Assembly: GCF_006345805.1 (NCBI RefSeq)
Contig: NC_042997.1
Span: forward strand, 29,512,001 to 29,576,000
DNA: 64,000 nucleotides
Direction of reading: 5' to 3'
From: Octopus sinensis
Lineage: Eukaryota
The notes under the pieces are model-generated. The model saw only the letters and a program-made list of their open reading frames with translations. It had not been told where the DNA came from and made no database searches. The position numbers and the translations under genes are program-made. Within the stretch, counting starts at the first letter, position 1. Each line of letters begins with the position of its first letter. Positions 14,400 through 28,135 of the stretch are shown here, piece after piece.

Positions 14400-14647
14400 T
14401 ATATATGAGTGTGTGTGTTTGTGTGTGTGTGTGTGCGTGTGTGTATATTTGAGTGTGTTTCCGTGTGTATGTATTTGAGTGTGTGTGTGTGTGTGTGTGC
14501 GTGTGCGTGTGCGTGTGCGTATATTTGAGTGTGTTTCCGTGTGTATGTATTTGAGTGTGTTTCGGTGTGTGTATGCAAGTGTTTGTGCGTATGTATGTGA
14601 GGGTGTGTGGATATGTATGTGTGTATATATATGTTTATATACATATA

Positions 14648-14679
<32 letters not shown>

Positions 14680-14738
14680 CATATACATAGATATATATAT
14701 ACATATATATATATATATAATATATAAACATTTATATA

Positions 14739-14778
<40 letters not shown>

Positions 14779-14782
14779 ATAT
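14400..14782. repeat. Compound (GT)n/(TA)n microsatellite with a 70-bp internal duplication (representative of many in the window)
   Basis: atatttgagtgtgtttccgtgtgtatgtatttgagtgtg occurs at 14445 and 14521. Confidence 0.9.
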
Positions 14783-14931
14783 TAGAGGGATAGGGATTAC
14801 GTGGACATCCATTATACTAGAAGTAGATCCGCTATGGTCTTACCACCAAGAAAGGAATGTTCTCAAGAAAATTTGACAAACGCCAGAAAGTAAGCGAGGA
14901 AGACAAATGAAAAGAAGCAAAATATAGATTA

Positions 14932-15002
14932 ATCACAAACCAATTTCGATATTATCACTTACGTAATTACTTGCGTAATTGTTCGTACCTCATCAGTATG
15001 AT
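14932..15002 (-). ncRNA. Type-I hammerhead-like motif with branched stem II
   Basis: atcata CTGATGA ggta..aattac-gcaa-gtaatt..tatc GAAA ttgg TT tgtgat. Stem I is 6 bp with one G-U pair. Confidence 0.65.
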
Positions 15003-15747
15003 CGTCTTTGCACGCATAATTTGCAGAGCTATACACGAGACGTCCGCATGAGATAGAACATGTGAACAGTTCTACTATTATTTACACTTGGAGTTATCTT
15101 TCAAATGTTTTCGTTTTGGCGCGATAAAATACTATTTGACAAAACAAAATCGGACATATTTTATAAAACAGAGATGGGCATATTTTACAAAGCTAGAGAC
15201 GATAAACAATACTTATTATTTACTTTATGTCACACGAGACATATTAAAACAAATTTCCCTCAATCAGAAGAAGTGCAATTACAATTCCTAATCTTCCCGT
15301 TATATCAATATGTTATTTGGACCTCAACACAAGTGCGACTAAATAAACAGAACTCGTTATCCAAACATATTAATCAAAACTGATTATAAACTCTTATTAA
15401 CAATTACAGATTTATCTCTTTCACTGAAAAATGCATTGGTTACCAATTATTCCCCCATTTCGCCTAAAAAACAAAATTTCTCATGGCGAATTGCATCTAA
15501 CAGTCAAACATTTGTAAAGCTTCAGGGAAACCCGTCATGTTATAAGAGGGAAACCCGTCATGTCATAAGAGGGAAACACTCGCATTTTGTAAAATATTGT
15601 ATAATACTTTTGCCATGAGGATTTAGATATATTTTTAGTTTCGTCAAACTAATCTTTTCTCAACCTATTTCTTTCCCTGTACATTCAACGTCGTGTAATC
15701 ACCAACGATAGTTTCTCACTCATATATACATATATATATATATATAT

Positions 15748-15849
15748 GATCCCTAGAGTAGTGGAAGAATATTATTTTCTCGGAAAGTGATATTATGTAT
15801 ATATATATATATAATTATATATATATATTATATATATATATATATATAT

Positions 15850-15886
<37 letters not shown>

Positions 15887-16300
15887 GTGGTGTGTGTATA
15901 TATATATAATTATGTGAAATAAAGATGAATAATCTTGTAGTAGATTAATCAAAAGTTTACCCGATACCTTAGTAGCAAAAATCACAGCAGTAAACAGCAC
16001 GGTTGGAGGTACAACCATATGGTGTTGCAACCGTGCGTTGGTGCGGATAATTGAAATTAAACATTATTGGTGAATTGAAGAAATGGAGCTGAACGCAGAT
16101 TGAACAGAAATCGTTTTATTTCATTCTACACGTGTTTTTCGAAGGATTTCCTATTTCCTTCCTGAAGAGAAAGACACAATATGGTCCCATTATTCCAATC
16201 GGATTTTGGTAATTTGTGCCTTTCGAAACACGTGTAGAATGAAATAAAACGATTTCTGTTCAATCTGCGTTCAGCTCCATTTCTTCAATTCACCAATAAT

Positions 16301-16341
<41 letters not shown>

Positions 16342-16386
16342 TATCACTTTCCGAGAAAATAATATTCTTCCACTACTCTAGGGATC
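15748..16386. repeat. Nested inverted repeats with (TA)n spacers
   Basis: Outer arms are 15748-15792 and 16342-16386; inner arms are 16059-16145 and 16219-16304. Confidence 0.85.
16158..16240 (+). ncRNA. Type-I hammerhead-like motif with long stem II
   Basis: ttc CTGAAGA gaaagacaca...tgtgcctttc GAAA cacgtg TA gaa, with palindromic stem III acacgtgt. Confidence 0.72.
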
Positions 16387-16394
16387 TGCAGTTT

Positions 16395-16760
16395 TTTACT
16401 CCACTTTAAATGCTTTGGAAGGTTTGCTCTTGAGAGCAGCTGTTTGTTGATTGCACTCTCCTATGAAATCCGGCTTTGTCCAGCTCCCAGCGAACAGTTT
16501 TGTGGAAACAGTGTTCAAGATGTGGTCATTAAGCTCTTCAGTAATTTTGGGAGTTATATTTTTGTGATCATTTCTAACAATTCGTGTAAGATTCCGAAGG
16601 TCCCTATCTGAAAGCTTTGGTTTTCTTCTGGAATTTTGTTTCGATGAGGTTTTACCCTTTTCTCAAAGGCTGTCATTACTTTTGATACATCAAACATTTC
16701 TTTTTCATTACACATTTCTTTACATATTATTCGATTTTGCCATTTTCCAACTCACACTTA
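16395..16760 (-). pseudogene. Tc1-like transposase N-terminal DNA-binding fragment
   Basis: Minus strand gives VSKVMTAFEK..KTSS.KQNSRRKPKLSDRD.RNLTRIVRNDHK...ELNDHL...VSTKT..RELDKAGFH. Confidence 0.75.
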
Positions 16761-17855
16761 CAATTCGAGTAAACAAGTCAATCGGTGAACTTAGAAGTGC
16801 AATTTGTGCAACAGGTTTCCGTTTCCAGCAGCAAAAGATTTAGATCATTATCTCAATTCTCGGTGGCACACAGCGATCAATAAATTGGTATATTTTATCA
16901 AGTAAGATTGATTAAACTTTATAGATTGGGATTTACATAGCTGCAAAATTTTTATTTAATTCAGGATGGAAACAAATATATTAGGTGAAAACGGGAGTGG
17001 GGAAATACATTTTGAACCCGAGGGTAAGACACATGTCGCTATATCATGTTTATAGTTTTTCGTGTTTGATAGATTTTGATATGTATTTTAATAGACTGTA
17101 AAATATCATTTTGCAAAGCCAGCCAAAAAGTTCAGTTTTGCGCAATAAGCAATAGCATAAGAGAAGTTACACACAGATTGTTTAAATTAGATGTAAACTG
17201 TACGGTTCATTGACTTTTTCATATTAAGCAAGTGTATCGAGAGAAACATATCAACAAATTTTGTCATTTAGTAACTAATACTCACAGAAATGGATTTTAA
17301 TATTTGTGATTTTGTCTAATATCTAAATACATGTTTATCTATCTGTGAATATTGATGATGTCAGTGGAAACTAATGCTGTATTCATAAAAAAAATATATA
17401 TATATCTTATCAAAAGCTGCTTACGAAAGAAAAATGAGAAAAATATATATAAAAAGACATCAAATATTTTATCAGCCTTGCTCTTACACATACGACACAA
17501 ATCTGTGGTTTAATTGGATTTAGTACATGCATATCTATGGTTTACTATCAACTCTTGATGTACTCAATGGTGTTTATTTCAGTGTGAGCTGTATCTATCG
17601 TACCCAGCAATTTCAGGCTTCAAACAATTTGTTTCTTATGTATTCATATGGAAAAATTATTTATTCTTTAGTCTTTTACTTGTTTCAGTCTTTTCCTACG
17701 ACCATGATGGAGCACCGATATTTTAATCGAACAAATCGACCTCATGACTTCTTTTAAAGCCTAGTACTTATTATATCAGTCTCTTTAGCTAAACCACTAG
17801 AGTTATAGTGTCGTAAATAGACCAACACCACCTGTCAAGTGGTGATGGGGCAAAA

Positions 17856-17889
<34 letters not shown>

Positions 17890-18153
17890 CACACACATAT
17901 ATATATATATATATATAAATATAGACTACGGATTTCTTTCCGTCTACCAAAATCCACTCACAAGATTGTGGTCGGATCAATGTTATAGCAGAAGACGGCC
18001 AAGGTGCTTCGAAGTGGGGCTTCACCTGAAACCACGTGGTAAAGAAGCAGCCACGCTTGCATCTAGTATATATATATATATATATACATACACATATAAA
18101 TATATATATATATATATTATATATATATATATCCATACACATATAAATATATA

Positions 18154-18188
<35 letters not shown>

Positions 18189-19062
18189 GGGAGAGTTTAC
18201 GAAAAACAACAAAGACGAAGACAGTTGGTGTACAAAACAAACAGATGTATTAGTATAACGCTCAGGAATAGAAAAAGGATTTTTCGATTGTATATCTGTG
18301 TGTGTGTGTGTATGTGTCTGTATATATATATATATATTATATATATATATTATCTTCAGGCCAACCAAACCTTTCAAAGTGGAGTTCCTACACGGAAACT
18401 GAAAGAGAGCTCTTGTATTTATGTGTATATTTGTTTCAGCAAGCGATGTTGCTGTGTTTACAATCCCATAAGTTAGCAGTTCAGCAAAAGCTACTCATAG
18501 AATAAGTGAGGCTTGCAAAGAATAAATCTTGTGGTCGATTTATTCGACCAACGGTGGTGCTCCAGCATGGCCGCACTAACATTACTTAAACAATAAAAGA
18601 AAACTATGCCATTTTAATTCCAAGCAAGACCTGAAAAGTATGTATATAATATTAATGCTGCTTATTATGAGAGAAATAATTAGCTTATATCCCGATATTA
18701 TTCAGGCATATCTTGCTGTGATAAACTAAAATCATTTATATTGGGTCCATTGTTAAAATTGAAAGGGAGGGATGAAATTATTTTGGAAATCTTATGTGAG
18801 TTATTATATTTATTATTATAGTAATTCCTTTTTTTTTCTGTTATCTTGCTATTGTGTTTAGCATTTATAACTTTCAAACTCTTATCAGCTTTCTTTTCCT
18901 ATGCCAGAAACTAATTTCCCGCTCTCGTCGCAAAATACACAGGTGCGTTAAATATTTGCTTTGAATGATTATCATGTAATGGCAATCTTCTTATAGCGAT
19001 TGTCGTTAAGTAGTATACACACACACACACGTGTATACATATATATATATATATATTATATA

Positions 19063-19115
<53 letters not shown>

Positions 19116-21261
19116 TGTATGTATGTATGTATGTATGCATGCATGCATATGTTGTCTGTGTGTATGAGTGTGTGTGTGCGAGAGACAGAGAGACTTAAGT
19201 GTGTTTATCCTTGAAGAAATAAGTAACATTTGATACAATGAAATTAAAGACCTTTATCATTAATGCCTACATTTACATAAAACGTTACATATCTTTTTTA
19301 ATTCAATATTCTGATATTACACAAAGAGAAATATACAATTCAAACAAAGATTCAAGCGTTTGATTCATTCACAAATGCACAATACAAGATTTCCAGAACA
19401 AATATCACATACTAAGAAACCATATTTTTAGTTACTATGCACTTTAATTTATAAATACAATTATAATGTAAGCAATCACATTTGTTAAAGTAATGCATTC
19501 TTTAACACACTGTTTCTATTCTATTGAAGTGATAACAAAGACATTCCTTTAATACTCTTAAAACCACATCAGTGCAGAATCGATATCAACTATTATTCAA
19601 GAACAATATAGAAGTAAAACCACTACCAGGTAACTATACAAGATCTATATGAGAACATAGCAATATTCCAATTTTCTATAGTAGTAGCTGAATATTGAAA
19701 AGAGAAACTTTCTTGTGATATTTAGTGAAATTATAGTTAGCTATTGAATGTTCACTTAATTCATTTGTTCATAGAGAATACGTTTTTTACTCAAAGATAA
19801 GTGGAAAATGTTATTTAAAATGTTTGAACATATGGTATACAATTTCAAAATCAAAGTGAAAAGATCGTTAAATTGTGAATATTCTCTAAATACAGAATAA
19901 AACATCTTTGGGCAGCTAGTAAGACCAACTGTTCTGATAGTTCTTATGTTCATTCAGTGAACATAAGAAATTAAGAGTTTTATAATAAACATAGAATTAG
20001 CCATATATATTGGAATAATGTACAGATTCAGCTTAAAATGATGATTCGGTTGATTTGCATTAACAAAATATTGCAAAATATAATTGTAAAATCAATTTAA
20101 GCGACAAAAATCAACCTTAAAAATTACAGAGGTTCTGTCAGACTTTCTAAATGACTGAAATTTCTTAGTAACAGAATCCCTCATGTTTTTATAAATGCGA
20201 AATCCACACATCTAACTGTTGATCTTTCCCAACAGAAGCTAAACGGCGTCGAATTTTATGCCACTTCATTAAAAAGTGCCCTACCATGCTGTTTTAATGT
20301 AATCTTTTACTTTGTTTCATATTCCATTTTGGTATAGTTTATCGAATAGTAAGAAGGATTAAACATTTGTCAATCTGAATACATCCCGGAACCTCATCTA
20401 ATATGAATCACATGGATTTTATATATCAATTCACCTGTGTCCACTGTTATCTACATTCTTTATCTTAAGCATAAACTTCATCTTCAATGTTGAAAAATGT
20501 TACCAATGGGGTAGTGACCAATCAGTGGTACCAATACATAAATATTGTAGCGTGACATTAGTAGATTCGCATATATAAACAGGTTTCTATATTATGAGCG
20601 GTGGTAGTTTCTTCGAGGTATCGACTAATTACACTTCATGACAGTGTTTTCATCTTGCTGCGTGTCGTCGTTTTTGTTCCATTTGCTATAGGAGCGGTGG
20701 AGAAATGTTGAATAATAATTAGGTTACAGAGTGAGTTCCGATTGTAAAATATTATAGACGATATTACTGTTTAAACTTGGAGTTGTATTACTGTTTATAG
20801 TTCAGTCAGGTGAGTAAAAGTTTGTAATCAGGCGTATCTATTTAGGTGTCTCAGCTTCAGTTCGCGGGACTGCTTTTAAGGTTCACAAATGTATTTAAGT
20901 GTGGGAAAACTGACGTTTAATGTTTGTTGATGTTATTTGAACGCTATTCTGAAGATTTATCCTGTTAGTTTTGAGAAGGTAGAATGCAGACAAGCATGTA
21001 AAACTTTTGTTTCGGGTGTGTATTTTTAGGTGTATAGGTATCAGGTCATGGTTCTTAGAATTTGCTTGTTTAGTGTTTAAGGTTTCACAAAATAGCAAAT
21101 AAATAGGTTGTTTAGTTGGTCTGCTGATATCTAATTAGGGTTTAATTATTGTTGATGTTTTTTCATTGCTATTTAGAAAAACCAAGTAATTAACAATATT
21201 TACTGCATTAGGTTTCAAAAGCAGTTATTTTTAATTACTTCCATAATATATCATTTTACAA

Positions 21262-21598
21262 CAGTGGTTCTCAACCATTTTTTACCTATGGAACTCATTC
21301 TTTACTATATTATTGTGGTAGACCACTATAGTCATTCAGGGATTAAAAACTAATTTTATAGATAGTTCTTTCAAAGTTCTTATTTTGTTATTCTCTCGTT
21401 CACTTATATATGATAAACTCTGTAAAATGTTAAAGAACGAAACCAAACTATTTCTTGCAATACATATATATATATAAATCCAATTAAATGAAAACTTTTC
21501 ATAGAACCTTAATGTACTATTGTGTATCCTCCAATTTACTATTTTGCTTATATGCCCCACGCCCGAATTTTATATGAACCCCGAGTTGAGAACCACCG
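21262..21598. mobile_element. hAT (Charlie-type) non-autonomous element
   Basis: Termini are cagtggttctcaac and gttgagaaccaccg. No clear 8-bp target-site duplication. Confidence 0.6.
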
Positions 21599-22480
21599 TT
21601 TCAGGCCTATGCTTATAGGGAAATATAATACCACAAATGTGCGTGTATATATCTAAATGTGCATATGTATATAGAGTATGTGAGTAATTCGGTGTATTTA
21701 TTGCAAGGTGACATAAAACAAAACTTAATTTAGGTATTTATGTATATGTATACGTGTGTATGTACTGATATATGTATATAAAGTTATGATTTGTGGAGAG
21801 AAAGTAGAACATTAATGCAGTTTGATACAAATAACATCATTCAAAAGTTTTTTTTCCAAAGTCGTGTACAAATATGCATAGCAATTCAATAAATGCTACA
21901 TCAAACGTTGATATCGAATAATTTCTTTTTCCAAAAAATCCACAAATTGAAAACTATTACTTTAAATTAATTTTTAGACGATTTCATTAAAGCCAAATAA
22001 TTATTCTAGAGTGTGTTACTATATTTAATGCTCTGAAATAATTAATCTAGATTAATTATTCCGGAAAATATTTAAGAGCACTCCGGTCATGAAACGTTCC
22101 TAGCATTCTTTTTCAAACAATTATAGCCGTCAGTGTATTTTTCTGAAGAAGAGATGAGAGAGCTATGAACTAAGTGAATAATGAGAAGGTGGAGCAATTA
22201 GATTAGATTAGAAAATGAAATACTCGCTGGAGTCACGCGCTTGAATACTGTCAATTGCTCTCGCTATAATTAAAGCATGAGATTTAAAGAAATTAGAAAT
22301 AACTTTTGCAATGACGAAAGCAATTTTATTTAACGTCCCGTACAACTTTCTTAGTTTTGCCATATTTTACTGTAGTGGCTGAGCTAGTATTAATCAAAAC
22401 ATTTCATAGAAATGTATGTCATCGTACATGAGACAGAGAGACTGATTAATAATGTTTCTTCTTTCCAGCGTCATCAATAC

Positions 22481-23664
22481 TAGAAGGGTGGGCTGAATAG
22501 TTCATATGCTGACTATGAAGGAGTGATGTTACAGCTGTGAAATTTTTCATGCATAAACTTTAACTCTTATTAATAATTGCATTGTTTCCTTCCTGGTAAA
22601 CTGACATCTGACTGGTCTAACAACACTCCAAAACTAACTAATGGCAACATTTCTTGCAAATGGGCAAAATATGGCATCGTGGTGTAATCAAGTTCCGGCA
22701 GAGAAAAGGTTTAGACACCAAGGACTTTCATACTACATTGATAGTTACATTCGTTGATGAAGGCCCAGGTTTAGCGACGGTGCAACAGTTGGCAGAAGGA
22801 ATTTATGAAGGGAAGGGAAAGTCTTGAAGACAACCGAATATCTGTACGTTTTACATCTTGCACCACCACAAAGTGATTGATGACAAGTGACTGACTATAA
22901 ATCAAATAGCCACTGCTATTAGTATATCGCAAGAGAGAGTTGAAAATATTCTGTTTAATGAATGTGGCATGACGATAGTTTCTGCTTGGTGAGTGTCACG
23001 TCTTCTCTCATCTGATCAAAAGTGCACCAAGCTGATTCCATCACGGGACATTGTTTGTAGCATGTACAGCTGGTTTCTTCGAAAGTTCCCTGAGTCATGA
23101 TAAATGTTCTGTTCCTCACTTTGAACCAGAGACAAAGTGACAATCCCTGTAGTGGAAGCATCCTTCCTTAGCAGCCTCAAACAAGATCAAACTCGTTTGA
23201 TCTGGAAAGAGTATAACTGTCTTAGATGTTTCAGATGCGAAAGTCGTGTCTATTCACTGTGTTCAGAAGTGCCACGCCATAATGCAGAATAGCAAGCAAA
23301 CGCCCAGGAAAACTGACGAAAAGTGTCTTGTTTCATATGAACTATGCTCCATCACACAAGGCTGGTATGCATGAATGGCTTGGAACAGGCTGATCACCGT
23401 CACTGTTGCCTTGATTTATCTCTATCTGACAATCATCAGTTGCCCTACATGAAAAGACAGTAAGCCCGGAACCAGTACCAGAGTGATGTCATCATCTCTG
23501 TTGTTGATGACCCATTTGGCTAACAAGATGAAAGCTTGCTCACCAATAGTGTCCAAGCACTGCAACAAGTGTATGGACTGCAAAATGAACTAGGTTGAAA
23601 AATAAACCTCATTTGTTCACAGTTCATGATATTGCCTTGGATAACATGAACTTTTCATTCGTAC
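22481..23664 (+). mobile_element. Decayed mariner transposon
   Basis: Broken frames give HRGVIKF, GRESLED, LTINQIA.AISISQERVENIL, VS.RLLSSDQK, HFEPETK and a YSPDLAP-like remnant. TIR remnants are tgaatagttcat and atgaacttttca. Confidence 0.82.
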
Positions 23665-23695
<31 letters not shown>

Positions 23696-23962
23696 ATGTA
23701 TGCATATGTATGTATATATATATCAAAATAAAAATAAAAATAAAATAAAATAAAATAAAATAAAAAATTAAAGGTTTACAAATTTATAAATTTCAAATTT
23801 AAAAAAAAGATATTTTAAAAATATTAAAATTTATAAATATAAATATAAATTTTCAAATTTTATATTTTATATATTTTGTATATTATATTATATTTATTTT
23901 CATGTTTTGATTTATGTTTTTCACTGTTTGATTTGCCTAACAGTGGTTTTATCTCTAATTTA

Positions 23963-24023
<61 letters not shown>

Positions 24024-24661
24024 TGCATAAACGTACGTTTCATTATATACAAGTAGCTGTCCATACATAGTCCTAGAAAAGGAGAATATAGATGGCTAGA
24101 AACAGAATCTAATCATGTTCCTGTATATAGATTTGCAAGTTAGGTCGAAATAATGGAGGTAGGAGCTGAAGTTGATAAAATTTGTTTTCTCAATGCGTGG
24201 ACGCTAAGAGGTAGGCGGAAAGAGAAATGGTGAGTTGTGGAGCGTCATGAAAAGAACCTAGACTGGATGTTGATGAGGTGAAAGAGTTATAATTGAAGTT
24301 GATATTAGAGTGAGAAAGAATATTTTCTAAAAGACATGGACTTCATTTTTCGCTACAGTAAGGGAAACATTTGAGAGCGTTGCGAGCAGATACGTTTGTA
24401 TATACCATAATATCAAGCAAAATAAGATTCACACCGAACTGAACGTATATTAGGCATGAGCACTCAAGTTAATATTGAAATATATATATATATATGTGTT
24501 TGTGCGTGTGTGTGTGTATACATGTACACATACACGCTCACACGCACGCACACATTCACGCACGCACGCACACACACACACGCACGCATGCACACACACA
24601 CGCACGCACGCACACACAAACACACACACACACACACACACCTATATATATATATAGGCCC

Positions 24662-24824
24662 AAGAGTGGCTGTGTGGTAAGTAGCTTGCTTACCAACCAC
24701 ATGGTTCCGGGTTCAGTCCCACTACGTGGCATCTTGGGCAAGTGTCTTCTGCTATAGCCTCGGGCCGACCAATGCCTTGTGAGTGGATTTGGTAGACGGA
24801 AACTGAAAGAAGCCTGGCGTATAT

Positions 24825-24866
<42 letters not shown>

Positions 24867-25095
24867 ATATATATGTATGTATGTGTGTGTATATGTTTGT
24901 GTGTCTGTGTTTGTCCCTCTAGCATTGCTTGACAACCGATGCTGGTGTGTTTACTTCCCCGTCACTTAGCGGTTCGGCAAAAGAGACCGATAGAATAAGT
25001 ACTAGGCTTACAAAGAATAAGTCCTGGGGTCAATTTGCTCGACTAAAGGCGGTGCTCCAGCATGGCTGCAGTCAAATGACTGAAACAAGTAAAAG
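24662..25095 (+). mobile_element. SINE family C with internal (TA)/(TG) microsatellite
   Basis: gagtggctgtgtggtaag...ggaaactgaaagaagcc-[microsatellite]-tgtttgtccct...ccagcatggctgcagtc; near-identical to 33175-33645. Confidence 0.85.
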
Positions 25096-26512
25096 AGTAT
25101 ATATGAAAGAGATACAGTAATCTACGTAGAATCTCTCACGTAGCTTATTTTGGGAGGCTATCTTCTCTGCAGCCATAGGTTTAGAATATTCCTAAATATT
25201 AAAACAAAATTCTTCTGGAGACTTACACGATACGGGAAGAGGCTGAATGGGTTAACAATATGACGATTTTAATTAAAAAAGGACACACTCAGAAGGCGAG
25301 GAGAGTGTTTTTCTTTTGCTTCGTTTGATATTGTCTCCCGTGGACGGCAAAGAAGCTCACCATGACGTAGAAATTAATAGAGTGTCAACGTATATTCAGA
25401 TAGTCAACAGCCTTGCAAGCACTTGAAATTCACTCCTGCCACTATTCGGGTGGTCATGCAACTTTTACATGCAATGAAGTATATAATCAAAGAAATTCCG
25501 ATAAACATCTTGACTTCTTTGAAGATTGTTTGTGTGATAATTAGTTTCGATGAACGTATTTAAAAACTCCCATCATATTCAACATCTTCATGCTTTCACG
25601 ACATCATCTTCAGGATGTGGTGTGGGAAGAGCATAATCTGTGACTTGCAAATGTAACAATGAAACTTCAGAAAGTACAAACATCAGCAATATAATTTGTT
25701 GAAATCACATTTGTCAAATGCAAAAATGTAAGTCATACGTGCCGACAACATTTTACATAGCGATGTTAGATATCATTCAGCATAATGTTGTTTTATCAAA
25801 ACGGATCTGAGCTTAACTAACAGCAATATTTTCAAATGAGGCATAAATATACTAAAGCCAGTTTAAAATATAGTGAGCCAAAGTTATTAATCTGGCGTAT
25901 TGCTTGATTAGTGATTATCAAATTCATAGTTCCAAATGTTAAGTTAGACAATATAAAGAAACAGCATGACCACAACATTTGCGCGGGGGCATAAAAATAT
26001 AAAAGAATAAAAATTACTGCATAAGCGCTTAAATTTCTACAAAGTGTTTATTGCCACTAAAATAAAACACTATCGATATCCCAACTACGAGCTTTTATCA
26101 GATATTTTATCTTTTTTTGATAACGGAGAGCACACAGGTTTTTTGGTTTCCACGATATAATTACGTCTTTTTAAAACGAATTCTACCTTCGCAGAACAAC
26201 TCACAAACAAGCGTCAGAGACAAGGTAAGCTCATTATCGTAATTTGTATTTCATACTTTAGTAACAATAGTATTCACGTAAATTTATGCTTACAAAAATA
26301 GTAAAAGTTGAATCAAACATGTGCACTCACACATATCATATATTTATATAATTTGTACGTTGAATTTTTATCTGCTTTTAAATAAGCATATTACTCTGCC
26401 GCTGTTATTCGTGTACTTTTGTCCACCTTGTTTCGCATTTATGTGCTTACTCTGGTATACACGCACACATACATACACACTCACACACATACACACATAC
26501 ACACACACACAT

Positions 26513-26549
<37 letters not shown>

Positions 26550-26587
26550 CATACATATATACATATATACATATCTGTATGTATGTA

Positions 26588-26624
<37 letters not shown>

Positions 26625-26625
<1 letters not shown>

Positions 26626-26945
26626 CATTACTTTATATAATTAGGGTTCAGTAAAATAATTTACTTTACTACACACCGAACTTTTAGAAATAGCAGCCAA
26701 AAAATCTTAGTTATTTCTTCTACTATAAAAAAAATCTGCCAGACAAAGTATACTCGAAAATAATTCACGCAAGTATAGAGGGAAAAATAACGAAAGATCA
26801 CACGTACATCAACAATTCTTTCGTCAGCTCATGATTTCTTTAGAGTAGAAGAAATAGCTAAGATTTTTTGGCTGCTATTTCTAAAAGTTCGGTGTGTGGT
26901 AAAGTAATTATTTTACTGAACCCTAATTATATAACGTAATGTTTT
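26625..26945. repeat. Fold-back element distantly related to the 542-bp array unit
   Basis: Arms ~26625-26725 and ~26845-26945 share ttagtaaaataa..ttacttt..gaac..ttagaaatagcagc.aaaaaa with the array unit. Confidence 0.7.
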
Positions 26946-27032
26946 AAGTATACCGTAAATGGTCTTTTTACATACTGAACACTACTTGGGAAAATTAATT
27001 AATAATTAATTAATTTTACCCCTTTATTATTG

Positions 27033-27073
<41 letters not shown>

Positions 27074-27091
27074 CAGACATATATAAATACG

Positions 27092-27123
<32 letters not shown>

Positions 27124-28135
27124 ATATATATATACAGACATATATAAATACGTATATATATATATACATATATACATACACACACACATATGTATGTCTT
27201 TACGCATACATTTACGTTTGCCCATATAACTACATTACACAGTATTCATAAGAAAAATAGAGTAATTATGAAAGTGCTCAAGTCTGTAAGCACTGACAAA
27301 TAGAAATGAAATATAACTAATTTCCCCCTGGTCTCGATTAATTCCATTTCATGTGTATAATTAGTTATATTCTGTAATGAAACAGCTCTTTGGGCAACAT
27401 ATAAAGCACGATCACAGTATTATTGACCATTTTATCCCAACGTATCGGCAACTGTTTTTGTCGGTTTCCGCACCTGACATATACTCCCCAACTTTAATAT
27501 TTAGTGTATTAAAAGCGGCACGCTGGCAGAATCATTAACTCGCTTGGAAAAATGCTTTCCGATATTTCGTTCACCATTGCGCTCTGACTTTAAATTCCGC
27601 CGCTGCCGACCTTGTATTTCATCCTTTCGAAGTTGATAAAATATTTCCTGTTGAACAATGGGGTCCATGTAATCGATTTACCCTCTTACCCAAAATTGGC
27701 GGCCTTGCGCAAAAATTTAAAGTCAAAATTTATTGTATTACATTTTGCAGATAAAATTACAAAGCATCGTTTTGCAAATCATCACTAAACGTATGTAAAG
27801 AAATTATGTTATTTGTCTTCATTAATGAATAATGTTTCAAAATACATCTCATAAATGTCCAAGTGAATCAGTACTGAAAACTTATTGATGACAATTAAAC
27901 TAATTCGACGTGTTCTGTATATAGCTACGATGAATTTCCCATCAAGCAAATCACCATTGGAATTTGTGTCTTATATCTAGTGAAAAATTAAAACGTGAGA
28001 TATTATGAACGCTATCTCGAACGCCTATCAAAATACTGTCAATTGCTGTGATGGTATGCTTGTGTTTCATGTATAAATGTAGATTATAGGTACATTATAC
28101 AGACATACATATATGTATATGTATATATATATATA

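Noticed and set aside
20895-21098. ORF with HLKIHTRNKSFTC resembling a C2H2 zinc-finger linker
   Set aside because: The Cys/His spacing is incomplete and no adjacent fingers or splice support were found.
25595-25650. Possible terminal exon on the minus strand (DYALPTPHPEDDVVKA*)
   Set aside because: Short, with an ambiguous acceptor and no partner exon found.
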